A stretch of DNA of 63,891 bases, counting the filler, from Reticulomyxa filosa (lineage: Eukaryota > Protista > Foraminifera), in the NCBI GenBank assembly GCA_000512085.1. It is 21 parts of 21 records of this genome, joined end to end, with 100 filler letters (N's around TTAATTAATTAA, not from the genome) between each part and the next. Parts side by side here need not be neighbours in the genome. Positions count along the whole stretch, not along the records: positions 1 to 9,436 come from ASPP01009103.1; positions 9,537 to 11,032 come from ASPP01026150.1; positions 11,133 to 18,797 come from ASPP01029371.1; 18 more parts are not named here. One strand, 5' to 3'. A program made the translations under genes and the position numbers. Positions 1 to 11,962 of this stretch are shown in pieces (positions within the stretch are counted from its first letter, which is position 1; each line of letters opens with the position of its first letter). The notes beneath the pieces are model-generated. The model had not been told where the DNA came from. It searched no databases and saw only the letters and a program-made list of their open reading frames with translations.

Positions 1-1360
1 TACTTATCCGAGATGCTGCAACTGCGTCTGGAGCCAGTGGCGGCGAGAAGGAATGTGAGGGTGTTGAGGACAATGTCGCCAAAAGGGGACTGAATGGAGG
101 GGTTCCAAGATGTTGAGAATATAAATGATGTAATTTCTCTTCCTTTGTCTTTGCACTTTTCACAGGAATAGTCGAATCTTCGCTGGCCTTGCTAGGGTCT
201 CTACACGGGCGTGACCCTTGCATAGATGAGGAGACAGGCGCCGACACAGAGACAATTGACTGTATTGGACTTGCTACAGTTTTCTTCGCAGAAGGGTCAG
301 AACATGGGATCAATGACAACTTCGACGGGACGTTTGAAGCTGCATTCCTTGATTGCAAAGGGGAGGATGTAACATTTTGGTCACTCGCTTTAAACGGGGG
401 AGTTTTCATCGGCTCAACCGTGACGTTATTGTTATCCCAGACAGGGCATTCTTGTATGCACAATTTATGTTTGTACCAAACACAACAAGAACTACGTACA
501 TATGTACATATACACATATATAACAGTGTACATCCAGACAGAAACTGTACGTAATCATGTACAAATTTAAAAAAGTAGTTAGATTAACCTTGGTCCGAAT
601 AACAAGCATTGACGTACTCATCACTTCTAATTGCTGTCTGTTCGTATTCCATTTCATATCCGATTTTCTCGTCGTCATCGCGGTCGCGTACTACTTTTTC
701 ATACGTACACATATATACATGTACACATGTGCATGTACACTAGAACAGCTTTTTGGTACAAACAAAATTTATAACCATTGGAATGATGTTTTTGATTGGA
801 ATTCAAATGATTGTGATAATCTGGATGGACATAATACTCATCGCAATATTGGACTTGGTGCTCATATTGTGATGAATACGAATAGCTTTGGCGTGACTTA
901 TTTTTTAAAACTTTCTTTTCCAGTTTTTTTTGACAGGTATCAATCCACGCGTCCCGATGCGAAAAGTAATCTTCCCCATCACGATACTCGCATCCTTTGT
1001 TCAACTGCTTATTATGGCAGTATATTCGAGGCATGTTTTTTACAATTGCTTCTTCATCTCTTTTTTCTGCTGTCTCTTTTTTTCTTTTTCTTTTTCATTA
1101 TCATTTTCGTCGCTCGAGGCGCTTGGAGTGTGTGGTAAATTACGGTTTGATTTTCGGGAGTATCTAATGATTTTGTTTCAAAAGGCATGTTTTGTATGGA
1201 TGTTTAGTGTGTACGTTTTGTGGGTGATTGAGTCAAAAATAAACTTGTTTCTCTTTTTGCATTGATATGCAGCTTTACTGCGATGCTTTACTCGATCTTT
1301 CTTTTGATCATGATCTTCATGCCTTTCGCTATCTTCGCTACTTGTAATTTGATCAGACAT
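1..1360 (-). CDS. Multi-exon hypothetical low-complexity protein, 3'-truncated at the window edge
   Basis: Minus-strand exons join through GT..AG introns in phase (…HSN G|V RDRDDDEK…SDQ|E CPVWDNNN…). The last exon is open from 450 to position 1. One homopolymer frameshift is needed near 1080. No recognisable domain. Confidence 0.55.
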
Positions 1361-2069
1361 GATACCTTGCAGCGAGATCTTTTTTCTTCAATATGAACAA
1401 TTTTTGTACCAAAAAACTCATTTGACCTTTCTAGTAGCTCGTCTATTTCAAATTCCTTTAACAGAAATACCAGCATTACTACAAAAAATAAATCCAAAAT
1501 AACGTACTAAAGCGAAATAGTTTCACTTTTTATTTGTAGTGTTATATTTTAAATCTTTAGTAACACAATAATTTGCGACTTAAACGTCTCTTATGAATTT
1601 TCTCTATTAAAAGCAAATATTTCATTTTAATTTTAAAAAAACGTTTGAAGTACGGCACTTTCAATATAAGTGTTGATCATACACGAAATTCAGAATGCAA
1701 AATTCAACGAAAAATAACAGCCCTAATTTAGCTTGCAAAGATTAATAGAAAGTAGTATTGGAACAACAAAGTAATGTTTTAGGACGGTGATACTACTTAC
1801 GTCGCAATGAAGTCATGACGAATTCAAATATTTCACTTTTTTTAAAATTTAATTTAACAAAAAATCATTTTTCCCACCCCAGATTCTCTTCAAGGTGTCA
1901 CATTTTTTTTTTAAACTAACGTGCTGTCATTTACATTAAGTTTTTATATGATATACTTGCCAATGAAATGTTTTGGTTCAGATGTTGTAGAATGCAAAGA
2001 ATGATAAAATCTTAATAGGCATTGTTGAAAACAAAATGGAATTGATATCTTTGTCTTGGCAGATTGAGA

Positions 2070-3236
2070 TTATCCCCAAAGTCGGATAGATTTATCGTTG
2101 GATGCAGAGGCAATCATGGCACCATTAGGTGAAAAATTTACTACCCCTACACCCAGTGAATGTCCGTTCAATTTTTGAATTTCTTGTCCAGATTTTGCAT
2201 CCCACAATCGAACAGTTTTATCCCAAGAGCAAGATACAATAGTTTCACCATTTGGTGAATATTGTACATCGCATATTGTATCAGTGTGTCCACGCAATAT
2301 TTTCAGCATTTTTTCTAATTTTACATCCCATATCCGAATAGTTTTATCCCATGAACATGATACAATAAACTGACCATCTGGAGAATATTTTGCACCGCGT
2401 ATGTGCTCTGAGTGTCCTGTCAATCGACATATTTCGTTGCCTGATTTTATATCCCATATTCGAATCGTACAATCATTTGAACATGATACAACAGTTTGAC
2501 CATCTGGTGAAAATTGTACATCATTTACTTCACTTGAATGCCCTCTTAATATTTTTATCTCTCTTCCCGATTTTGCGTCCCACAATCTAATAGTATTATC
2601 CCATGAACAAGACACAAAAGTTTGACCGTCTGGCGAAAATTGGACCTTTGCCACGTTTTCTGCATGGCCTTCCAATCTTTTTACGTTTCGTTCTGAGTTC
2701 AAGTTCCACAATCGAATTGTTTTATCTCCTGAGCATGAAACAATTGTACTGCCATCTGGTGAAAATTGTGCATCACTGACCCATTTGGAATGTCCTTTCA
2801 ATGTTTCAATTGATTTTCCTGATTTTACATCCCATATCTGCACTGTTAGATCATTGGAACTCGAAACAATCCTGTCCCCATTTGGTGAAAATCTGACGCT
2901 CCTCACACTGTCCCAATGCCCTTGCAACGTTTTAAGTGCTGAAAAATTTTTGCCTGTTTACATGCAGACTTGTCAATTGTGACGCTGAAACTAAGAAACA
3001 ATAGAAATGTAGCCAACCATAGCACGCAATAATTTTGTTCAAATCGTTAATCCATCCAACACGAACAGACAAAGAACGAACCCAGTTTTCAACAATAAGA
3101 TATATCTTTTGTTCATACTGATTTTTTTCACAAGTCACACGACTTTTCTTTTGTTACAGTTGGTTTTTGTTTGGTTTTGGGATACCAGGTGTATTCTTTG
3201 AACATCCTTCTTATTTTCTGCGATTTGTGTATTCAT
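2070..3236 (-). CDS. WD40-repeat beta-propeller protein (about 7 repeats) with a short N-terminal 'W.R.L....GWI.D.NKII' leader
   Basis: ORF 2070-2927 has regular GH…FSPDG…S.S.D.TIR.WD repeats. Upstream exons (ATG at 3236; 2932-3138 frame) splice in through short introns. Confidence 0.92.
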
Positions 3237-3588
3237 TCCTTATATTTTTTTCCTTTTGACAAAGGAAGATGATAAATATTGTTATGATCAAAAGCTCCTT
3301 TTTGACGGAACTATCGACTTGAACGTTTACAGTGAATTGTTTAAACAAAGCAGATAAAACATAACAATTGGCTGTTCCAGTCAATTGGTTTTCAATGTCC
3401 AATAGTCAAATCTGATGTGACAAGTAAAACACGAAATTTTATTGACATTTTTCCCTCAATATTTCATTTCATTTGATTATTTTGCAACAAAAAAAGTTAG
3501 TGTACAATCCAATGCAAAAATTTATAACTTGCAGCCAGAATTTTTTAAAAAAACTTTTATGTGAACGATTTATCATTTCGTTTCCAAA

Positions 3589-6500
3589 ATGGCAGAAAGA
3601 AAAGAGGAGAAAGACGAAGAAGAAATACAGATATTGGCATTTTTGAAGAACACAGTCAAAATAGATCGTGACGATGCCTCAAATCTCGCCTCTTACTTGC
3701 GTCGAGAGGAAAAAATAACAGAAGGGAAGGACATTTCAATGTTGGAGCCACAACAATGGAAAACAGCTTTTATACATGTGCAATTGAACCCGGCTTCAAA
3801 GAAAAAGCTATTGAAAACGGTGAATAAAATGCGTGAAAGTGAGAACGAGAAACCATTGAATATTGACGAACTAATAAACAACCCTGTACCACAAATGTAT
3901 ATGCCGACATACCTATGTTGACAACAGTGAGAAAAGATAAATGATTGTGTTCTGTCGATACAGATCACACAAGTACGCGCAAATTCTATGTATCAATGGT
4001 AATGAGGCAACAATTATTCTGGAGGTATTTTTTTAAAAAAAGAATGTCTCTGACTCGAATACGTTTTAATGATCAACAGCAAATACAATTAAAATAAAAA
4101 AAAAAAAAAAAGGAACAAATTGGTGAGATTCAGCTTAAATGATGACAGATGGGAAAATATTGATTTAAAGAGTGGAGATGAACTGCTTTGTGAATGTTCA
4201 GGGTCAAATCATGAGTTGAGTGTGAACAATATTAAATTCCCTGTGCCATATGAAAGTGAAGTAAATGAAGATGATGACTCTCAATTTATACTTGTTCAAG
4301 TACATTGCACAAAATCGGTAATATTGCACACAATAACCAAACACCAACATTGCAGCACATTTTTGTAATATTCAATATTGTGAGTGATGTATGAATATCT
4401 TTGTTTGTCAAAGCAACAAGAAACAAAAGTGAAGCTCATGAATGATGGTCAAAAGAAAAAAAAATGGAGAGTTGGAGACAAAGTGAAGTTTCGCTGCAAA
4501 TATCGCAATGACGAATGGACGGCTGTTGATATCGAAATCCTTCAACAAGCTCCTTTGTTTAGTTCTTTGTCTTTTGCACAACAGCAACGACAAAAACAAA
4601 GTGGTGTTGTCTTGCACTTGTATATTAGACGAAGGATAGGAGATATCAAAGCAACTGCAACAGTGAAAAACAAACAAGAAAAGGCTTTTCAAATTTTGAA
4701 TTGGCTGGAACATCCTTTGGAAGGTACTATTTAATCAATATATACACATACATATGTATATATATTTTCTCCAAAAAGTAGAGCCTCAAAGTTGCTTGTG
4801 CACGTTTCAGAAAAGGTCGATTGGAGTAATTTCGAAGATATGAATGTGTCGGATCTCGTCAATCAATACAAAGATGAACACAGCCATTCTTCGCACGAAA
4901 CTGAAAGTAACAACAAATTACAACGTCTGAAAACGCAGATAACATTGGAAGCGATGAAGTGCGTAGTGAGCGAATGTATGAACGAAGAGTGTGGTGTCCC
5001 ACAGGCATTGACAGAACGAATCATTCGAAATCTTAAATTTTCCAGTGAGTTGCCATCTATAGCCGGCTCGAATAGCTCCAACATATCAGATGCAATAGCA
5101 TTGTTGAAAGTATTCATTGACAAGTATCATCACACAAATGAAAAGGATGATTTAACGGACTTGCAAAGAGAGTTGAAACAAATTGAGATCCTCCCACAAT
5201 TGATCGAACAAAAGACTTTAGATAATACGTACTGGATTGTCTCAAAACATATAGAAAATTCACGAAGACTACGAATCTATTTGTATTGTCCAGAATGCAC
5301 TGAGCTCAAACCTGATCGTGTTCGGAGTGTCTTTTTCCTTAATATACCTGAGGGTATGTCCTCTTCATCTTCATCTTCTTCTTCTTTTATAATTTGTAAT
5401 TGATGACTCTCTCTCTCTCTTATTCACTTCGAATAAATGACAACAGCCGATAAGCGATATCCATTAAAACTTGCAAAAGAGGACATTCCTTGGTTATATT
5501 GGAGTGACTTTCAAGTCGCTCCCAACTTTCAATTATTGTGCAGTATATTCGATATAGAAAGAAAAGTCGCAATTGCCACCATTCCTGCTTCTGGTCAAAT
5601 CATTATTGTGGAAGAACAGTCTCTGCGATCCAAATCGAACCAAACACGTGTGGCGATATTAGGTCATATGACGGGAACATCGACAACCAATATCAAACAT
5701 GTGGAGATTTTCAGACATTTGATTCGAGAAATTGAGGACGAAACATCTTTTTGTTTTGCTGTGAATCTTGTCAAAGAGTTAAAGGCGCAAATTGGTCCGT
5801 CTCAATCTGACATCAGTGATGCATCGACTGATATCATTTCAAAGTTGGATAAATTCGATGCGACTCTCAAACAAGTATTATACATTATATTTATGTTATC
5901 TCATGCCTTTTTTTTGTAATATTGAAAAAAGACAAAAACAAAGAAAAAAATTAACAATCATGAATTCAGGTGTATCAAGCACTATTTGTATGCACGCTTT
6001 GGAAAGAATGGGATATGAGGCAATATCTATCTGCAAAACAATTTTTTGTTATTATAAACGCTCTTGTCAAAGAGGAATCATCAAAACAGCCTCATTTATC
6101 GGTCATTCAAACCTTAACACACAATTTTACTGCCTTTGAAGCTAACAATGCATCCATATTGCGCGATAGCATAAGCAATATATCTTGCGCCTCGTTTGAA
6201 AAACTTATGCTAATTCCATGTTTCAATTACTTGGCCTTGTCAAAGTGGGCTACCCAACAAGAAGAATTTTTACATTTTAGTGAAACACTGCGAAATATTG
6301 ACTTTGAAATTGATAACTCGCGGATCGACGAGAAAGTTTTGGCAGAGATTCTCATCTTAGACTTGCGCTTGCGCAAGAACGTTAAACTCCTTCCCAAAAT
6401 CAGTATTGTCAATAATTTCATTTCTGTATTGCAATATCATCGTCATCACATCGAATATCTTGTACAATTGTCAATTAACAACACCCATGAGAAAATTGAA

Positions 6501-9436
6501 AGTCAAGGGTTTGCTCTAATATTGCAATTGATATGGACAGTTTCGTTATTTGTCCATGCATATATGCGTATATGTTTTATTCACATCCAACAATAAATAT
6601 ACAATATATAACAAAGAAAGGTGAAGAGGACGAAAAAATAAACGAAAAGCAGGCGCTGACAAATATCATATTTAGGTTATTCCTAAAAAATACAAGCAAT
6701 CACACACGTTGGATTGAATTATTGGCAGATTCGAGCACGATAAGTGATCATAAACTCTTCTCGAGAGCACTCCGAGATTCATTCAAAGAATGGCTGCAAA
6801 ACAAGGAGGAAGAAGAAAAGGATACTTCTGGAAAAGTACTGTTTCACTCCAAAGTGATTGAATTGGTGTCCTCCGATTCATTTGCAAAGGCTAAGTTGTA
6901 TCATCCAGATCTAATTGAAAGTGTGAATGAAAGGCACGACGAACTGTCGATGAACAATAAGAAATGGAATTCAAAAGAAATTGAAATCTATTCAAAAGTC
7001 AAATGGGAATTGTGGTCACAGATTTTAAATCACATCGACAACATTCCGAAAATAGAAGATGTGGATGAAAAAAATGTGGAGTCAGCAAGCAAAAAACTTT
7101 GTTCAAGCTTGGGACACTGTTTTGAATGTGAATCGTGGTTTAAACAAGAAAGCTCAATGCAAACAAAATTGTTCACTTTTTTCAACCAAGTGTTAACACA
7201 ATTGATTACAAAGAACAAACTTCTTCCTGTTTATGTTTATCAATATTTAGTGCAACATTGGAAAGCCATTGAAAACATTACTTCTCATTGTCCAATGAAT
7301 GTAAAATCATCATTACAGCAATTGGAGAAAATTGTGGATGAGTATCGACAATTCTTCGAACTGATTCAAATGTTCAGACGTATACATAGCGATTATTTGT
7401 TGGAACATGATTTGTCAGGCAGATTGAAGGAATTCAGACAACAAAGCGATACTTGGGAAACTCAAGGATTTGTGAGTGTAAAAGAAAATTATAAAGACGA
7501 AATCCAATTATTGAAGTCGTATGAACAAAAAATGAAAATTACATTGGAACGGAGTCAAAGTTTGATGTTTAATAAAATTTGGGAAAAATACAATTCACAA
7601 TGTACATCGATCAGAGATCAAAAGCCTCTTTTTATTTTTGACAAAGTGTTTAATGATATGGGCCATATATTGGAAGATTTTAAGCAGGTTCATAATCGTT
7701 TCTTTCTATTGAAAAGAAAGGAGAGGAAGCTTCATTTTTCAATCTATTTTGTGTTCTTGTGTCAGTTAATGTATGTAACCTTCTCTGGATGGGGATCTAT
7801 AGGGTCTGCAAAATCGAACACTCAAGTATAGAGATTTGGAGTGGGTATTCGTCAAAAATGCAAACGATTCAAAAAAAATTAAAAAGTGTTTGATAGATGA
7901 AATGAAGCATTTATTTCCAGAATATAAAGATGAACAGCGACAAGAGATTGCAAATGACGTAGAACAAAAATTTAAAAAAGAGATTGATTTAAAAGAGCAA
8001 CTCCAGTCTTGGATAGAGTTGAGGAAAGTGACAGAGAAAATCAAAGAGTATCATCCTTGCAAAGATAAAATAAGAGAAGACGAGAAATGGAAAGAATATG
8101 TAAAAGCATTGGCACGAATGGAAGAAATAACAAGAACAAATGAAGATATTTCAATCGAACAGACATCCCAATGTTACGATGCTTGTATCGAATGCGTAGG
8201 TGAAGGCGCCAAACCCTGCGTGGACATTGGTCTCTTTGATGTCTTGAATCGTTGTGAAGATCAATTAAAAATATTGGTGCAAAATCAAAATTTTAATGAT
8301 GAAGCACACTTTGAGAACACATTGAATGTATTGAGCAAAAGTAAACATCAAGCGATTCAAGATTTGGTCACTTCCTTGCGACATGTGAATTCCATAATGC
8401 AAGAGACATTATGGAAATGCCCATTGGAAGATACGACTAGCTTGGCCAAAGCTATATTGAAATTACATTCCAATGATCAAGAGTTTGTCAAAATGATAAG
8501 CAAATGTTGTGATATGGACTTGAATAATATCTCTATTATGGTTAACGAAGCAGACAAAATTCGAACTGAAAAAAGTTTAAAGCAATTGAAAGATGCAATG
8601 GCCTTTGGAGAATGGCAATTTGCAAGTTGTGAGGATGCATTGCAAGGAAAGAAAGAAAAAGAGCTATTTTTGAAAATGGCTGATACTACTTGGAATTGTG
8701 AGGAAATTGGAGAAAATATTGATCGTGTATTGCTTGGAGTGGACAAACAAGAGTTGAAAAAGATTGAATCTATCATTCAACAATTTGAAGAGTGCAAGGA
8801 GATTAGTTCATATCGGATTGAATTTTGGAAAAAGGGAGGACGAATTGATATCGAAGATGATGAAAAAGGAGGAATTCAGAATGGCTCTTTGAAGTTATCT
8901 GTGCGTTCGCAAAAAGATGAATTTGAGAACTGCAAGGAACTTTGGAAACGAAGATTAATGGAATGGAAAAAACAATGTTTCAAATTACGAGAAAAATTTC
9001 CAGCACTCAATTATTTTTGTTTCAATCAAGTGCACTTTTTAATTCAAACAATGGATCAACTAACTGTACCCAACTTTCGTGATCATGCTATTCAAGCATC
9101 CAAATATATCAAACCCTTTCTTCAAAAAATTAATTGTCATGTCACTGATTATAATGTTAATAATATATTGAAAGATTGGATAGGTTTTAATTTCAAAGAT
9201 CTTGAACAACATGATGCCAATGATAACGACAGCAATTTTAGAACATGCAGAGATTCAATTGCAAAGTTTGGAATGATCCTCCATCCTATATGGGTTGCAT
9301 CTCAACATAATTGTGTGGATGAAAAACCATTTTCCATTGGATTGCATGCAGGCAAACCCAATTTGATAATTAGATCCAAAGAGTTGCTGTTTGAATTGCT
9401 TGGTTTATTTGAATCTCAACATTTTATCCCACGAGC
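3589..9436 (+). CDS. Giant multi-exon RNF213/mysterin-like protein, N-terminal half, truncated at the contig end
   Basis: Consecutive same-strand exon ORFs from 3589 to 9436. The distal part has LREKFPALNYF and GKPNLI…FIPR, and is collinear with the 41630-44173 copy, which runs on into RNF213-type AAA motifs. Confidence 0.7.
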
Positions 9437-9536
9437 NNNNNNNNNNNNNNNNNNNNNNNNNNNNNNNNNNNNNNNNNNNNTTAATTAATTAANNNNNNNN
9501 NNNNNNNNNNNNNNNNNNNNNNNNNNNNNNNNNNNN
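9437..9536. other. Artificial contig spacer N44-TTAATTAATTAA-N44 (first of 20)
   Basis: An identical 100-nt linker with stops in all six frames also starts at 11033, 18798, 20133, 23586, 31796, 34514, 36686, 38023, 40421, 41530, 44174, 45784, 47380, 50131, 51623, 54060, 55162, 60129 and 62462. Confidence 0.99.
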
Positions 9537-10250
9537 CTGTTACTGTTGCGGAATTATATTACTTCAAAGTACAAGTGTCGCTGCGCTGTTATATATTATT
9601 AATTTTGACAAAGATCTCAAGTCTGCAACGATTTGCATCACATTACTGTCGATATTTTTTGGTTTTGTAATATTAGCTGATCAACTAACAATTTATGTAT
9701 ATATATTTTTTTTTCATTTAAATATCTTATTGTGTTGTTTTTTTTAAGAATGACCGTTTTTGTCCTCGAAAATAAGAATTAAAATTTTCAATCTTACAAC
9801 AACACGAATAACCATTTTTAGGCATCAACAAATTTTCAACATTTATGACTGTACGTAAAAAAAAAGCGAACAAGATTACATAAAAGCTTATGTCTTTTAA
9901 TTTATTTTTCAAGAGTTGTTTTCATTTTGTTTTGGCAATGAAATGATTTATTATTTGTTTCATTCACAACTCACACTACTCAAAAATTTCTCCTACTATA
10001 ATTTGGAGCAATTTTTTTTTGACTGACTCCATTTTAATTTTTACGCAAATCTATATTTTCCTTTACGTAAAGCTTTTTTTGGGAGCTGCCTTGCAGAATC
10101 AGATCTGAGAAGTAAGGATTTATCGAATAGCACTCAAGCGAATGAACTATTGTATTGTCGAATGCAACAATAAGCATTGCTGGCCGATAAAGGCTGGGCC
10201 AGCATTGTAAACGGTTTCAAGTTTTAACAGAAAAAAAAAAGTCGAAATGT

Positions 10251-11032
10251 TTATGCATCTTGCTGGACATAGCTGGTTAAAGGAATATCAATTTCTTTTT
10301 GTTGAGCAGATTTGCGGTTAAGCGCAATTCGACGATAGATGAAATATGCAATCAAAGCAATGATTACAACAAGCGCACCAGCAACGACAACAGGGACAAT
10401 GACATTGAGATTGTTGCTATCATTTCCTGAACTGGAGCTGTTTGAGCTTTGAGCACTGTCATCTATGGTATCAGTTTCAACACTTTCTTCGGTATCTTCA
10501 TCAGTGTGGTCTTTATCTTCATTAACATCTTGATTGGTAATTTCAATGCGTGATGAAGTGGAGCATTTCGACCATTGATTCATAATATAATTGTTCCACT
10601 CACTTGCAGTCATGCTTACACCCCGATAAGTCCAATAGTCGTAAGAAGGACGCATATCAGCGTGAATATATGTGTTGGCCAATCCCAAGCCAATATCTTG
10701 GCCATTGCTTTGGAAGATAGGACGACATTTGCAAATGACTGCATTGGCATAGTTCCACAATCCAGCATTGCTGTATGCATCGACAGCAGTTCCGGACATG
10801 TGACGGGAGTAGTTGGCACCACCTACAGCAGAATTGTGAGTCACTGTACGATAGGCACTGTTGATATACACTGCACTCTTTAACGTATCTCTTACTGTTT
10901 GCAAGCATTGGACCAACTCTGGAGCCAGTCTGAATCCGTCACTGCCATCTTTGCTTACAAATTCTTTCACTGCAAAATTGTTGCTCAGCAAAGTGTTCAA
11001 TCCACTTTGCTTGGCACTGAACAAGCTTTCAC
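10251..11032 (-). CDS. Peptidase M15A/YcbK-like zinc metallopeptidase with Ser/Asp-rich stalk and C-terminal transmembrane anchor, 5'-truncated
   Basis: Motifs NFAVKEF.SKDG, INSAYRT..HN..VGGA..SRHMSGTAVD (H-x6-D) and GLG…YIHADMR. TM segment VIVPVVVAGALVVIIALIAYFIY is followed by RR. Confidence 0.85.
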
Positions 11033-11132
11033 NNNNNNNNNNNNNNNNNNNNNNNNNNNNNNNNNNNNNNNNNNNNTTAATTAATTAANNNNNNNNNNNN
11101 NNNNNNNNNNNNNNNNNNNNNNNNNNNNNNNN

Positions 11133-11962
11133 GTGGTATTGTGGGTAATACCAATAAATTGAGCAGGTGGAGGAGCTTCAATGTTGGCGATCCACTCAGT
11201 CTTGGCATAATTTATCTCAATACCATGCGATTGTTCGAGTGTTCCCAATGAAACCATTGCTTGTGTAATTGTTGCTGAAGAAGTTGCAGCCAGCGTTAGA
11301 TCATCGTGATATGCAGCGTGATAGATATTATTTAATCCGGATAATGCGGTCTTTAGGGCGTCTGCTAGTACGATGGCGAAGAGAGCTCCCCCTAAAGGAT
11401 CGCCCTGGTGGACACCTGACTGAGATAGTATCGACGATCCGTTAGGTAGGAAAAGAGTTGTGTGCGAAGAGTAGCATCCTTTGACGTATCCAAACAATTC
11501 GGGTATTTCTTTTCTAACCAGCTCAATGACTCTGGATCTTTTGCATGAATTAAAGGCATTCTTGAAATCGACTTTGACTGCAGCTGCATCTTTGATCGGT
11601 CTAATGTGCTGGAGGACGGCCTTAAAGCCATGGATGAATAGTTCGATGCCTGCCTTAACGTTAATGCCGAATTGATTGGGGCCCACAATGCGCTTAATCT
11701 TTTCGGCATGCCTTTTCATCAAAATTGCGCCCGCGGATCTCCTCAACAATGACCCAATTGCTATTGGTCTTGGACTACCATCGGGCTTGGCGATCCCAAT
11801 TAGCCTTGCTCCATATGCGATGGGGGCTGCACTTTGACAGACCATTCCGTTAATAATTAACGTCGTTACCTTGGCCCAATTGGATAGTGTACCGGATTCA
11901 TATTCGAATGGAACAAGATCAATTAGATGCTGGGCAGCGAACAGGTCTACGCCTCCTGCTGA
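11133..11962 (-). other. Non-LTR reverse transcriptase domain of ORF2
   Basis: Motifs SAGGVD…HL, KPDGSPRPIAIGSLLRR, QFGINVKAGIE, KVDFKNAFNS, GVHQGDPLGGALF, AYHDD (11300-11311) and GIEINYAKTE. The RPIAxG/QFG/NAFNS pattern is typical of CRE/SLACS/Cnl1/MoTeR-type RTs. Confidence 0.95.

Noticed and set aside
189-1265. Plus-strand ORFs 189-554, 557-1138 and 930-1265, and similar antisense ORFs throughout
   Set aside because: They are shadows of opposite-strand exons or of low-complexity introns, giving F/Y/I-rich translations of T-runs and TA repeats.
10178-10204. 8-bp GC-rich hairpin (TGCTGGCC…GGCCAGCA) downstream of the peptidase as a terminator or SECIS
   Set aside because: No SECIS core or in-frame UGA, and a eukaryotic context. 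A single short stem is not enough evidence.
11133-11962. RT as telomerase, Penelope/Athena, retron, DGR or group II intron RT
   Set aside because: The RPIAIG, QFG, DFKNAFNS and GVHQGDPLG motifs plus upstream C2H2 fingers fit CRE-like non-LTR elements. No TERT T/CP motifs and no prokaryotic context.
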